Shown here piece by piece: positions 1-9,478 of a stretch of 56,395 nucleotides of DNA. Position 1 is the stretch's first letter. The number at the start of each line of letters is the position of its first letter. The position numbers and the translations under genes are program-made. Source of the DNA: Ruthenibacterium lactatiformans (GTDB lineage Bacteria > Actinomycetota > Coriobacteriia > Coriobacteriales > QAMH01); contig CAVECB010000008.1 in assembly GCA_963614215.1 (NCBI GenBank), forward strand, positions 1 to 56,395. Reading direction: 5' to 3'. The notes beneath the pieces are model-generated. The model worked only from the letters and a program-made list of their open reading frames with translations, ran no database searches and had not been told where the DNA came from.

Positions 1-145
1 GCCTTCCCGCGGGTGAACCCCATGTGCCGTGCCCTCCATCTTGCTCGTTAACGCCCAACATTCTACCCCAGCCAAAAGAGGTTGTGTGCAAGTATTCGCA
101 TCTTTCCTATAGAAGGAATGGTGAAACGACACAGCAAAACGGAGG

Positions 146-573
146 GGTGAAGGGGCAAAAGGACGCGGAAGTATGCCCCGTGCTCACAGCTTCACACACC
201 CTATCACCCGTCAATGTAGATAAGTATCACGTTCACCAAACTAAGCGTTCAGCACGCAATTACCGACATTCGGCGACACCCGAAGTCTGTTTTTGCGCGC
301 CAAATACGCAATAGTGGACTTTCGGCGACAGTGTCACCCCCGTTTACCGTCGCCCAATCCCCCCTTTTGCGCGAAAATGCCCTGAAAACGTGAACGAAAG
401 CCCCGAAACGTCGCCCAATCTCGCTTTTTGCGCAGCCCGAGCGAGGAGGCGAGCAGGTGGGTGAAAGGGTAAAGGGGCGCAGGGGGATGCCCCGTCTGCA
501 TCCGTTTCGAGCTTGGGCTTCAGCGAAGAAAAGGATGAAGGGTAAAGGGGCGCGGGGGCATGTCCCGTGCTCA
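146..573. repeat. three copies of a ~40-bp G-rich repeat (146-186, 459-500, 534-573)
   Basis: Aligned by eye: GGTGAAGGGGCAAAAGGACGCGGAAGTATGCCCCGTGCTCA / GGTGAAAGGGTAAAGGGGCGCAGGGGGATGCCCCGTCTGCA / GATGAAGGGTAAAGGGGCGCGGGGGCATGTCCCGTGCTCA. They lie in a ~700-bp stretch with no convincing ORF. Confidence 0.5.
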
Positions 574-698
574 AACAGTCCTCGCGCTGGCGGACAGCCC
601 ACTGAGCTGTCCGTGCGCTGCGAAAACTGCGCGCGAGACACGCCCCCGCACCCTTATAGCCTCGCCCCCGCACCTTCTGTCCTTTGCAAAAAGGATGC

Positions 699-1733
699 CT
701 ATGAGGTCCAGTTGGGCTGCGTGACGCCCGACGCGCTGCAGAAGCTCGTATGGTTTGTCACCGCCGCAACATTCCAGCCCGACAAATCGCCCGTCGCCGT
801 CGATTTTATGGTAAGGAACATGGCTCTCATGCACGTGACCTTCGAGGTGTTCCAGTTCGCAAGAGGCAAAATATCCGCAAGGGAGGTGCAAGAGTCGAAC
901 GTACCGTACATGCTCGTCACCTTAGAGGTGTCCCAATTTGAAAGCGGCGAAATATCTACAAGAAGTTCGCAATGTTCAAACATTTCGGTCATACCCGTAA
1001 CCGCAGAAGTGTTCCAATTCTCGAGTCCTGAGACATTTACAAGGGAAGCACACCGTTTGAACATCTGATTCATGCCCCTCACAGCGGAGACATCCCAATT
1101 TGCAAGAGGCGAAAGATCCGCGAGGGAGGTGCAGTAGGAGAACATATAGCTCACGTCCGTCACGGCAGAGGTGTCCCAGCTCGTGAGCGGCGAGAGGTCC
1201 GAGAGAGAAGTGCAACCGTTAAACATGTATCTCATGTTCGTTACTGCCGACCTGTCAAGCTTGTCCAAGGAGAAATCAGTCAGGTTCTTACACTGTGAAA
1301 ACCAGGCTGCAAGGCTCTTCGGGGCAATCCCCTCGTCCACGACCGTGGCGGATGTTATGGAATCGACGTAATCTTTGAGCCAAGGAGCCTTGTTAGACCA
1401 AACATCGTAGGACGCGGTCTCGAAGCCCGTATAGACGGCGGTGACGGTCTTGTTCTCGAAGGTGTCGCCTGCGGCGGGCATCTCAGTGTCAGGGCGGTGG
1501 TAGAAGTTCAGGCTGCCATCATCGGCGCTGTAGACGGCAAACGAGATGTAGGTCACGGGCTCGACCACCTGGTAGCTCACGAAGTTTTGCTTCACGCTGC
1601 TCGCCTGGAAATAGGCCAGGACAGGTCCTGCGGAAAAACGAGCACAGCCGCAACGACCGCGCAGGCGGCAGCAAGCATGCGCGAGTGGCGCGACATCCGG
1701 GCTTTCCTCACCGAAGGGCGCACGTTGCCGCAC
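699..1733 (-). CDS. DUF285/BspA-type leucine-rich-repeat surface protein; 5' end probably frameshifted
   Basis: About seven tandem ~26-aa units with the signature W(D/N)(T/V)SxVTxMxxMFxxCxSLxxxxxL. The listed start is an arbitrary GTG with no signal peptide in frame; a signal-like ORF sits in another frame (ATG 1696). Confidence 0.75.
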   Translation of the reverse strand: MRQRAPFGEESPDVAPLAHACCRLRGRCGCARFSAGPVLAYFQASSVKQNFVSYQVVEPVTYISFAVYSADDGSLNFYHRPDTEMPAAGDTFENKTVTAVYTGFETASYDVWSNKAPWLKDYVDSITSATVVDEGIAPKSLAAWFSQCKNLTDFSLDKLDRSAVTNMRYMFNGCTSLSDLSPLTSWDTSAVTDVSYMFSYCTSLADLSPLANWDVSAVRGMNQMFKRCASLVNVSGLENWNTSAVTGMTEMFEHCELLVDISPLSNWDTSKVTSMYGTFDSCTSLADILPLANWNTSKVTCMRAMFLTIKSTATGDLSGWNVAAVTNHTSFCSASGVTQPNWTS

Positions 1734-1847
1734 TCCCCCGAAGCGTTTTCATTCGCGCGCGCGTCATGCGAGACAGAAGCGACGGCGGCCGTGTTTTTCA
1801 GGCAATCCTCGCCAGTCGATTCGCGGCATTCAGAAGCGGCAGTGAAG

Positions 1848-1857
1848 CCCCCCCCCC
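1848..1857. repeat. homopolymeric C10 tract (G10 on the - strand) upstream of the LRR gene
   Basis: Direct count in ...agtgaagCCCCCCCCCCagg...; intergenic, between the divergent LRR and Fic genes. Confidence 0.9.
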
Positions 1858-2271
1858 AGGCATTTTCTTCGCGAACGGCATCCTCGCCACCTCATCTCCG
1901 CTTTCACCTTGGGGCTCGTCGCGGCGCCCCCGCCTTATTCCGGGCGTTTTTCTCGATGCCCGATTTCATCTGCGGGCGTGCACAACGCGCTCCTCGTGCG
2001 CATGTGCCACGCCGCAAAATATTAATGTTGCAGATACTAGCAGCTTGCCACACGCAAGCACAAGTCCGCTATCTGAGCGGTCACGATGCCACCCGCTATA
2101 CGGCGCTCCACTCAATAGGCACTCTCCGCGCCCTAAGATGCCCCTTCCCTGCCCCGTGGCCAACGCGCTCGCGGCCTTCTCGAGCGGCGCCCGATGCTAA
2201 GATGAACGACGCCGGATGGGCGCCGAACAGTGCCAAACGAAACCGAACACGCGAAAGGAGCCGCGAGAGCC

Positions 2272-2961
2272 ATGACCCCCTACGAGTACATGCAGCTCGA
2301 CCGCGCCTACTTCGAGGATTTCGTCTCCCGTTCCACCTACCACTCCAACGCAATCGAGGGCAACACGCTCTCGCTGGCCGAGACCTACGCCATACAGTGG
2401 CTCGACAACTCCATGACGGTGCAGGCCACCGCCCGCGAGCTCTACGAGGCGATCAACCACAAGTACGCCCTCGAAGCGGCCATGCAGACACCCGGCGAGG
2501 AGCTTGCCGAATCCTTGGTGAAGCGCGTCGCCGGCCTCATCAACAAAAACATACACGAGACAAACGACTATCGAAACGTGCAGGTCGTCATATGGGGCGC
2601 GGAGCACATCCCGCCGGCGCCGGAGCAGGTGCGCGCGCAGATGATGGAGCACGTGCACCTCTATAACCTCGACGTGCGGGCAGGCAAAGATCCCTTCGAG
2701 CGCGAGGCGGAGTTCCACGTCAAGTTCGAGGCGACGCATCCGTTCGAGGACGGCAACGGCAGGACGGGCAGGATCTTGATGCAGCGCGGCCTGATGGCCT
2801 CGGGGCTCGCGCCGGCCGTCATCAAAAAAGAGGAGCGTGCGCGCTATCTGGAGATGCTGGCGAACAGAAACGTCGCCGGGCTTGCCGGGCTTTTGCGCGA
2901 GGCCTGCGCCGCTGAGGACGCACGCATCAAAGCCTTCAAGGAAGCGCGCCAAACCGAATAA
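2272..2961 (+). CDS. Fic family protein (AMPylase-type, auto-inhibited class)
   Basis: HPFEDGNGRTGR matches the Fic core HxFx(D/E)GNGRxxR. N-terminal SNAIEG matches the (S/T)xxxE(G/N) inhibitory-helix motif. AAAGGAG lies 11 nt before ATG 2272; GTG 2230 is the alternative start. Confidence 0.85.
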   Translation: MTPYEYMQLDRAYFEDFVSRSTYHSNAIEGNTLSLAETYAIQWLDNSMTVQATARELYEAINHKYALEAAMQTPGEELAESLVKRVAGLINKNIHETNDYRNVQVVIWGAEHIPPAPEQVRAQMMEHVHLYNLDVRAGKDPFEREAEFHVKFEATHPFEDGNGRTGRILMQRGLMASGLAPAVIKKEERARYLEMLANRNVAGLAGLLREACAAEDARIKAFKEARQTE

Positions 2962-3102
2962 GCCTCAGGGCTGCCGTCGCGCCCCTTCGAGCGCCCCGGC
3001 TACCACTTCGTCAGGCGCGGAGGTGCTCAAGCGAGACGCGGGTAGCGACGACTGTCGGGTTTCCGAGGATCGTGAAAGAGCGGGGACTGCAGACGGCGGC
3101 CT

Positions 3103-3483
3103 TTAGGCATATCCCATCTGGTCGACTTGGGCCTCGTCCATGCCGAAATAGTGCCCCACCTCGTGCACGACGGTGCGGCGCACCTCCTCGGCCAGCTCGG
3201 CGGCATTTTCGCACATGCGCTCGTGCGGGCCTTTGAATATGGTGATGCTGTCGGGCAAATCGCCGCTGTAGTAGTCGCCGCGCTCGTAGAGGTTCACCCC
3301 GGAGTACAGCCCCAGCATGTCCCCCGTGCCGCCGTCGGCAATATCGTCGGCGCGCTGTTCGGCGCTTGGCTCGTCTTCCACGAGAAAGACCACGTTGTCC
3401 AGCTCGTCGAGAAATTCTGCGGGAATTGAGTCGATGGCATCTGAAACCATCTCGTCGAATTGCCCGTCATCCACCTTCACCAT
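3103..3483 (-). CDS. small acidic HExxH metallopeptidase-family protein
   Basis: C-terminal HEVGHYFG zinc motif. GGGGAGGGAG RBS lies 5 nt before ATG 3483. The longer ORF (to 3507) would overlap the stop of the upstream ZIP gene. Confidence 0.7.
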   Translation of the reverse strand: MVKVDDGQFDEMVSDAIDSIPAEFLDELDNVVFLVEDEPSAEQRADDIADGGTGDMLGLYSGVNLYERGDYYSGDLPDSITIFKGPHERMCENAAELAEEVRRTVVHEVGHYFGMDEAQVDQMGYA

Positions 3484-3499
3484 GCGCTCTCCCTCCCCT

Positions 3500-4384
3500 T
3501 TATCCAAGGCGCGACGCCACGACCACGATGAGAAAACCAGCGACGCAGCCTACGGCAGACACCCAGGCCGGGTGGCTGCGCACGAGGCGGCCGGCCAACT
3601 CCATGACGAGTATGTAGCAAATCATGCCCGCAGCGGCCGCGACGAAAAAGACCATGACCTCCTCGGGCACCGCATGCGAAAGTGCCGCCATGAGCAGGCC
3701 ACCTGCGAAGGTGGAGAAGGTGACGGCGGCGACCACGGCGCGGCGCGTGGTCGGGCGGCTTGCCTTCAGCGTGGAGAAGAGCAACATGCCCACGGGGATG
3801 TTGTGCAAGGCGATGGCAAAGGCGTAAAGCGCGCCGTCGGCCGGTGCGGAAAGCGCGACGCTGTAGACGGCCATGCCCTCGATGACGTTGTGCAAGACGA
3901 TGGCGACGGCCGAGATGATGCCAATGTGCACGGCGTTGCCCGCGGAAGGCGCATGCGCGTGCGTGGCGTCGGCGTTTTCAATAGCGGGGCCGTCGGCATT
4001 TTCAACGGCAGTGCCGGCATGCCCAGTACCGGCATGATCGGCGTCGTCATGCGCTCCGTGCGCGGCATGCGTGCCGCCCGCATCGTGATCAGGGATGGCG
4101 CCGTCCAAGGCCACAAGGCCGACAAACCCCACGACGGCGCCCACGACGACCTGTATATAGGCGCCCTCCTCGCAACCTTCGAAAAGCTCCGGGCCCAAAT
4201 CGAAGAGAAGCAGCGCGAGCATGGAGCCGGCGGCAAGCGCGATGGAGAAGTGCTCGATGCGAGCCGCGCCGCGCGAGAGGCGCACCACAAGGCCGCCGAG
4301 CACGATGGTCGCGCCGGCGAGAAGCGATATGAGAAGTGCTACGGCCACAGCTCTCCTTCGTCGAAAACGGGCGTCTAACCCCAT
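3500..4384 (-). CDS. ZIP-family divalent metal transporter (ZupT-like)
   Basis: Polytopic protein with ZIP motifs [11 protein letters not shown] and ALHNIPVGM. His-rich loop [23 protein letters not shown]. Start uncertain (4384 or 4426). Confidence 0.75.
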   Translation of the reverse strand: MGLDARFRRRRAVAVALLISLLAGATIVLGGLVVRLSRGAARIEHFSIALAAGSMLALLLFDLGPELFEGCEEGAYIQVVVGAVVGFVGLVALDGAIPDHDAGGTHAAHGAHDDADHAGTGHAGTAVENADGPAIENADATHAHAPSAGNAVHIGIISAVAIVLHNVIEGMAVYSVALSAPADGALYAFAIALHNIPVGMLLFSTLKASRPTTRRAVVAAVTFSTFAGGLLMAALSHAVPEEVMVFFVAAAAGMICYILVMELAGRLVRSHPAWVSAVGCVAGFLIVVVASRLG

Positions 4385-4583
4385 GATAGGGCAAACATCC
4401 GCATATGCCGCGCAGCAGCTCGGCAACGCTTTACCCCGAAGTATCGCCGGGTATTTGGCACGCCACGCCGCGCGAAAAGCGCTTTTTCAGCACACGGAGC
4501 CTGCGCACAAGAAGGCTACAATAGGACGCCTACGTGAACCGGCGTGGACGAGCTGTGCACGCACGCTAAAAAAGGAGCGCCCC

Positions 4584-5798
4584 ATGGCCAAGATCGAGAT
4601 GAAGACCCCGCTCGTCGAGATGGACGGCGACGAGATGACGCGCATCATCTGGCAGATGATCAAAGACGAGCTGCTTGCGCCCTACGTCGAGCTGAACACC
4701 GAATACTACGACCTGGGGCTGGCGCACCGCGACGAGACGCGTGACGCCGTCACGGTCGAGGCGGCCGAGGCCACGAAGAAATACGGCGTGGCGGTGAAGT
4801 GCGCGACCATCACCCCCAACGCCGCGCGCATGGAAGAATACGACCTGCACGAGATGTGGAAAAGCCCCAACGGCACCATACGCGCCATGCTCGACGGCAC
4901 GGTCTTTCGCGCTCCCATCCTCGTGCGCGGCATCGAGCCGTACGTGCGTACCTGGAAAAAGCCCATCACCATCGCGCGTCACGCCTACGGCGACCTCTAC
5001 CGCGACGTCGAGATGCGCGTGCCGGGCGCGGGCAAGGTAGAGCTGGTCTTCACCCCACAAGGCGGCGGCGAGGGACAGCGCCTGTGCGTGCACGAGTTTT
5101 CGGGCCCTGGCATCGCCGAGGGCATGCACAACCTGGACGATTCCATTGAAGGCTTTGCGCGCAGCTGCTTTTCCTACGCACTCGAGACCGGCCAAGATCT
5201 GTGGTTTGCCGCCAAAGACACCATCTCGAAGACCTACGACCACCGCTTCAAGGACGTCTTTGCCGAAATCTACGCCGCCGAATACGAGCAGCGCTTTTCC
5301 GAGGCGCACATCGAGTACTTCTACACCTTGATCGACGACGCCGTCGCCCGCGTCATGCGCAGCGAGGGCGGCTTCATCTGGGCATGTAAAAACTACGATG
5401 GCGACGTGATGAGCGACATGGTCTCGACGGCCTTCGGCAGCCTGGCCATGATGACGAGCGTGCTGGTCAGCCCGCACGGCTGGTGGGAATACGAGGCCGC
5501 GCACGGCACGGTGCAACGCCACTACTACAAGCACCTGAAAGGACAGCCTACCTCCACGAACCCCATCGCAACCATCTTCGCGTGGACGGGCGCATTGAAA
5601 AAGCGCGGCGAGTTGGACGCCACGCCGGAACTTGCGGCGTTTGCGGACAAGCTGGAGGCGGCCACAATCGCCACGGTGGAAGGCGGGCAGATGACGGGTG
5701 ACCTTGCGGCCATCACGACCCTGCCCAACCCGAAAAAGCTCGGCACCGAGGAGTTCATCGCGGCCATCGCCTCCGAGCTGGCCGCCCGCTGCGCATAA
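4584..5798 (+). CDS. icd: NADP-dependent isocitrate dehydrogenase (~404 aa, subfamily II type)
   Basis: [23 protein letters not shown]..., [37 protein letters not shown] at 4571-4577. The upstream part of the 525-aa ORF is Arg/Ala-rich and non-coding-looking. Confidence 0.9.
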   Translation: MAKIEMKTPLVEMDGDEMTRIIWQMIKDELLAPYVELNTEYYDLGLAHRDETRDAVTVEAAEATKKYGVAVKCATITPNAARMEEYDLHEMWKSPNGTIRAMLDGTVFRAPILVRGIEPYVRTWKKPITIARHAYGDLYRDVEMRVPGAGKVELVFTPQGGGEGQRLCVHEFSGPGIAEGMHNLDDSIEGFARSCFSYALETGQDLWFAAKDTISKTYDHRFKDVFAEIYAAEYEQRFSEAHIEYFYTLIDDAVARVMRSEGGFIWACKNYDGDVMSDMVSTAFGSLAMMTSVLVSPHGWWEYEAAHGTVQRHYYKHLKGQPTSTNPIATIFAWTGALKKRGELDATPELAAFADKLEAATIATVEGGQMTGDLAAITTLPNPKKLGTEEFIAAIASELAARCA

Positions 5799-5805
5799 AA
5801 AGGAC

Positions 5806-5831
5806 GGGGCGCACGCTAGAAAAAGCGCCCC
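5806..5831 (+). terminator. GC-rich hairpin after icd (GGGGCGC-N12-GCGCCCC)
   Basis: 7-bp perfect stem 8 nt after the icd stop. No U-tract on the + strand (followed by GAAAAAAC), so only a weak intrinsic-terminator call. Confidence 0.35.
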
Positions 5832-5936
5832 GAAAAAACGCCCCCGAGCGCTGCACGCGGAGGCGAGAGCACGTCGAAGGGGTCGGCGACGCCCGCGCAC
5901 CCCTTCATCATAGAAAACGACGACGAGGAGCATGAA

Positions 5937-8051
5937 GTGGACGAGGTTTTCGCCGCCGAGCAGGCGCACCTGAGCGCGACGCACGCACGGCTATCCGAGA
6001 TACGCGACGAGCTGGAGGAAAAGCGCGCGGCAAACGAGGCCGCCGCAGCCGCCGACGTGCACAGCATGAACGAGGAGCTGACGCTCGATTTCGCCGACGA
6101 CGTGATGGACCAAGAGTCGCTCACCGAGATGAAGGGCGTGAGCGACGTGATCGACCTCTACAACCAGCGCCAGGCAACGCTCGTGGAGGACCTGCGCCGC
6201 GCCTACCTGCTCTTGCAGCGCCCCTACTTCGCCAAGGTGACGCTGTACTTTCCCCGACTGGGCAAGGAAGACGACGTCTACATTGGGCGCGCAGGGATGG
6301 GCGACCCGGACACGATGGAGCAGATTGTCGTCGACTGGCGCAGCCCCGTGGCCGAGACCTACTACAACCAGAGCACGGGCGCGACCTCGTACATGGCAAA
6401 CGGGCGCGAGATCTCCTGCGATTTGCGCGTGCGCCGCCAGTTCGACATCGAGGGCGACCAGCTGAAGGCCTGCTTCGACACGACCGTGGCCATCCAAGAC
6501 CCGCTGCTGCTGAAAGCGCTGTCGTCGCGGCACTCCGACAAGCTGCGCGACATCACCCAGACCATACAGCGCGAGCAAAACGAGATTGTGCGCCACAAGG
6601 ACGTGCCCGCCATGCTGGTAAACGGCATCGCCGGCTCGGGCAAGACCTCGGTCATGCTCCAGCGCATCGCCTGGCTGCTCTACCAGGACCGCAAGACCCT
6701 CGACGCGAGGTTAATTCGCCTCTTCACCCCTTCCCCGCTGTTTGCAAGCTATATCGCCGACGTGCTGCCGGGCATGGGCGAGCGAAACCCGCGCATACTC
6801 ACCTGGGACTCGTTTGCCGCCTCGCTCGATTTGGGCGGCCGCGCGGCGGGAGGACCGGACAGCGCACAGCAGATGCGGCACCTTGAAGAGCTGGTAAAAA
6901 GCGCGCAGCTGGAGGCAGGCGACCTCAGGCCGTTGCGCGTCGGCGGGCGCACCCTCGTGTCCGTAAACCAGATAAAGAGCGTGCTGGGCAAGTTCAAGCG
7001 CGTCTCCCCCAGCCCGCGCCTGGCCGCGCTGGCAGGCGACGAGCTGCACGCGCGCCTCGATTCCAGGGTGAAAAAACTCGCACACGAAGACAGCTTGCGC
7101 CGCGAGGTGGAGGCACTCGACATCCCTTCGATGATGGACGTATTCGGGCGCACGGTCGACCTCGACGAGGAAGACGACGAGACGGCCGCGCGGCTGCTGA
7201 AGCGCTACGCCGAGGTCGTCTACGGGCAGCCGGCCCACGAGCTGGTGGACGCCGGCGCGTGGATTGCCTTCGACAAGCTGGGCATGCGCCTGCTGGGCGC
7301 TGGCTCGCTGGACGCGCCCACATGGATGTACCTGCGCTTGCTCGTGGCCGACGTGGCCGAGCGCGAGGTGCGCTACGTGATGGTCGACGAGGTGCAAGAC
7401 TACAGCGAGGCGCAGCTCATGGTGCTCGCGGCGCAGTTCCCGCGCGCGCATTTCCTTTTGCTGGGCGACGAAAACCAGGCCATACGCGAGGGCTGCGCGA
7501 GCTTCTCGCAGGTAAAAGACGTGTTTGCCGCCTCGCATGGGGAGGTCTGCGAGATGCGCCTGGCCACGAGCTATCGTTGCACCCCGCAGGTCACAGCCCT
7601 CTTCACAACGCTGCTCGCCGACGGCCAGCACGTGCACGCCGATTCGGTGCAGCGCGAAGGCAGCGCACCGGATATCGCCGTGGCTCCAGACGAGGACGCC
7701 TATCTGGCGGCGCTGCGCAAGCGCGTGGATGCAGCGCGCGGCAAAGAAGGGCTGTGCGCGGTGATTGCGCCCGGCAAGAAGAGGGCGCGCACGCTGGCTG
7801 CGGCGCTGGAAGACGTGGCCTGCGTGGCCGACGAAAGCGACCCGTTGCCGGCATCCGGAGTCTTCGTCATCGACCTTGCGCATGCCAAGGGTCTGGAATT
7901 CGACCGCGTGGTCGTGGTCGACGCCGACGCGCGCATCTACCCCGCCGACGACCTTGCGCGCCGCAGGCTCTACACGGCCATATCGCGCGCCACAAGCGAG
8001 GTGTCCGTGCTCGCGTGCGGCACGCTCTCGCCGCTTCTGCAGCAAAAATAG
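5937..8051 (+). CDS. helD: HelD-type UvrD-like helicase (RNA polymerase recycling ATPase)
   Basis: Walker A GIAGSGKTSVM, DExx box VDEVQDYS, C-terminal HAKGLEFDRVVVVD. N-terminal coiled-coil followed by PYFAKVTL, as in HelD/helicase IV. GTG start. Confidence 0.8.
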   Translation: MDEVFAAEQAHLSATHARLSEIRDELEEKRAANEAAAAADVHSMNEELTLDFADDVMDQESLTEMKGVSDVIDLYNQRQATLVEDLRRAYLLLQRPYFAKVTLYFPRLGKEDDVYIGRAGMGDPDTMEQIVVDWRSPVAETYYNQSTGATSYMANGREISCDLRVRRQFDIEGDQLKACFDTTVAIQDPLLLKALSSRHSDKLRDITQTIQREQNEIVRHKDVPAMLVNGIAGSGKTSVMLQRIAWLLYQDRKTLDARLIRLFTPSPLFASYIADVLPGMGERNPRILTWDSFAASLDLGGRAAGGPDSAQQMRHLEELVKSAQLEAGDLRPLRVGGRTLVSVNQIKSVLGKFKRVSPSPRLAALAGDELHARLDSRVKKLAHEDSLRREVEALDIPSMMDVFGRTVDLDEEDDETAARLLKRYAEVVYGQPAHELVDAGAWIAFDKLGMRLLGAGSLDAPTWMYLRLLVADVAEREVRYVMVDEVQDYSEAQLMVLAAQFPRAHFLLLGDENQAIREGCASFSQVKDVFAASHGEVCEMRLATSYRCTPQVTALFTTLLADGQHVHADSVQREGSAPDIAVAPDEDAYLAALRKRVDAARGKEGLCAVIAPGKKRARTLAAALEDVACVADESDPLPASGVFVIDLAHAKGLEFDRVVVVDADARIYPADDLARRRLYTAISRATSEVSVLACGTLSPLLQQK

Positions 8052-8172
8052 AAGCGCGAGCAGACGGCGCGGGCGCGGAAAGAGACGCGGGCGGGCGGCA
8101 AGGCACGCAGAGCAGGGATGTTCATCGAAAACGAGCAATCCCGCAACAGAGCGCGCAGAGGCATTTACCATG

Positions 8173-8206
8173 CACGCCAACATGCGTTTTAGGTTGCATG
8201 GGCGTG
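8173..8206. terminator. imperfect hairpin between convergent helD and alaA
   Basis: CACGCC(AA)CATGC-loop-GCATGGGCGTG, an 11-bp stem with a 2-nt bulge. No clean U-tract. Confidence 0.3.
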
Positions 8207-8219
8207 GAGCCGCTATGCC

Positions 8220-9440
8220 CTATTGCCGATAGCCGTCGAGGAAATCCGCGATCTTCGAGACGGCCTCGTGCAAGATGTCGATGCGCGGCAGATAGACGAT
8301 GCGGAAGTGGTCGGGAGCAGGCCAGTTGAAGCCCGTGCCCTGCACGACCAGCACCTTTTTCTCTTTGAGCAAATCGAGCGCGAACTGCACGTCGTCGGTG
8401 ATGTTGAACTTTTTCACGTCGAGCTTGGGGAAGATGTAGAAGGCCGCCTTGGGTTTCACCACGGATATGCCGTCGATGTCTTTGAGCGAGTTGTAGATAA
8501 AATCGCGCTGCTCGAGCACGCGCCCGCCCGGCACCACATAGTCCTTCACGCTCTGGTGGCCCCACAGCGCCGTCTGGATGATGGACTGCGCCGGCACATT
8601 CGAGCACAGGCGCATGTTCGAGAGCATGTCGAGGCCCTCAATGTAGCCGCGGCCCGCGTCCAGGTTGCCCGACAGCACCATCCATCCCACGCGATATCCT
8701 GCGATCATGTGCGATTTGGACAGGCCGGAGAAGGTGACGCAGAACAGGTCGGGTGCCAGCGAGGCGATGGAGGTGAATTCGGCGCCGTCCATGACCAGGC
8801 GGTCGTAGATTTCGTCGGAGAATATGATGAGCTCTTTCTCGCGGGCCAGCTCGACGATTTCCTCCAACAGCTCCTTGGGATAGAGCGCGCCCGTGGGGTT
8901 GTTTGGGTTGATGATGACGATGGCCTTCGTGCGCTCGGAGACCTTCGCGCGCATGTCGTCCATGTCGGGCAGCCAGCCGGCTTCCTCGTCGCAGATATAG
9001 TGGACGGGATGTCCGCCGGCAAGCGTCGCGCATGCCGTCCACAGCGGATAGTCCGGCGCCGGGATCAAAATCTCGTCGCCGTCGTCGAGCAGAGCCTGCA
9101 GGCACAAGTTGATCAGCTCGGAGACGCCGTTGCCCGTGTAGATGTGCTCGATGTCGACGTTGGGCAGATGGCGCGTCTGCGCGTACTGCATGATGGCCTT
9201 GCGCGCCGAGTAGAGGCCCTTGGACGGCGAGTAGCCCTCGCACTCGGTCAGCTGGCGCGACATGTCGTAGACGACCTCGTCGGGCGTGCGAAAACCGAAG
9301 GGCGCGGGGTTGCCGATGTTGAGCTTTAAGACATGCGTGCCCATCTGCTCCATGCGAGCGGCTTCCTCGACCACAGGGCCGCGCACGTCATAGCCCACGC
9401 CGTGCAGCTTGGATGATTTGCTGAACTCGCGCATGCGCAT
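8220..9440 (-). CDS. alaA: PLP-dependent class I/II aminotransferase, AlaA-like alanine aminotransferase
   Basis: LKLNIGNPAPFGF N-terminal motif. PLP-lysine region SGLSKSHMIAGYRVGW. 406 aa. Confidence 0.85.
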   Translation of the reverse strand: MRMREFSKSSKLHGVGYDVRGPVVEEAARMEQMGTHVLKLNIGNPAPFGFRTPDEVVYDMSRQLTECEGYSPSKGLYSARKAIMQYAQTRHLPNVDIEHIYTGNGVSELINLCLQALLDDGDEILIPAPDYPLWTACATLAGGHPVHYICDEEAGWLPDMDDMRAKVSERTKAIVIINPNNPTGALYPKELLEEIVELAREKELIIFSDEIYDRLVMDGAEFTSIASLAPDLFCVTFSGLSKSHMIAGYRVGWMVLSGNLDAGRGYIEGLDMLSNMRLCSNVPAQSIIQTALWGHQSVKDYVVPGGRVLEQRDFIYNSLKDIDGISVVKPKAAFYIFPKLDVKKFNITDDVQFALDLLKEKKVLVVQGTGFNWPAPDHFRIVYLPRIDILHEAVSKIADFLDGYRQ

Positions 9441-9478
9441 CCGCCTTTCGTCGCATCAGCCGACGGACTTTTGCCCCG

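Noticed and set aside
4221-4583. Upstream extension of the icd ORF
   Set aside because: IDH homology begins at MAKIEMK (4584) with a good RBS. The extension overlaps the ZIP gene on the other strand.
5806-5831. GGGGCGC...GCGCCCC hairpin upstream of helD as a rifamycin-associated element (RAE), as found in front of actinobacterial helR
   Set aside because: Only the GGGG/CCCC ends resemble the RAE palindrome as I remember it. The 12-nt loop and arm sequence differ, and I cannot verify the consensus here. It is more simply an icd terminator-like hairpin.
6711-8183. Long antisense or out-of-frame ORFs, e.g. 6711-8183(-), 4566-5984(-), 10289-12190(+), 12513-13865(+), 19584-21374(+), 22359-23624(+), 34551-36959(+), 35737-36957(-)
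   Set aside because: They overlap genes with clear family motifs. Their translations are Arg/Ala/Gly/Pro-rich with no recognisable motif, which is typical of shadow ORFs in GC-rich DNA.
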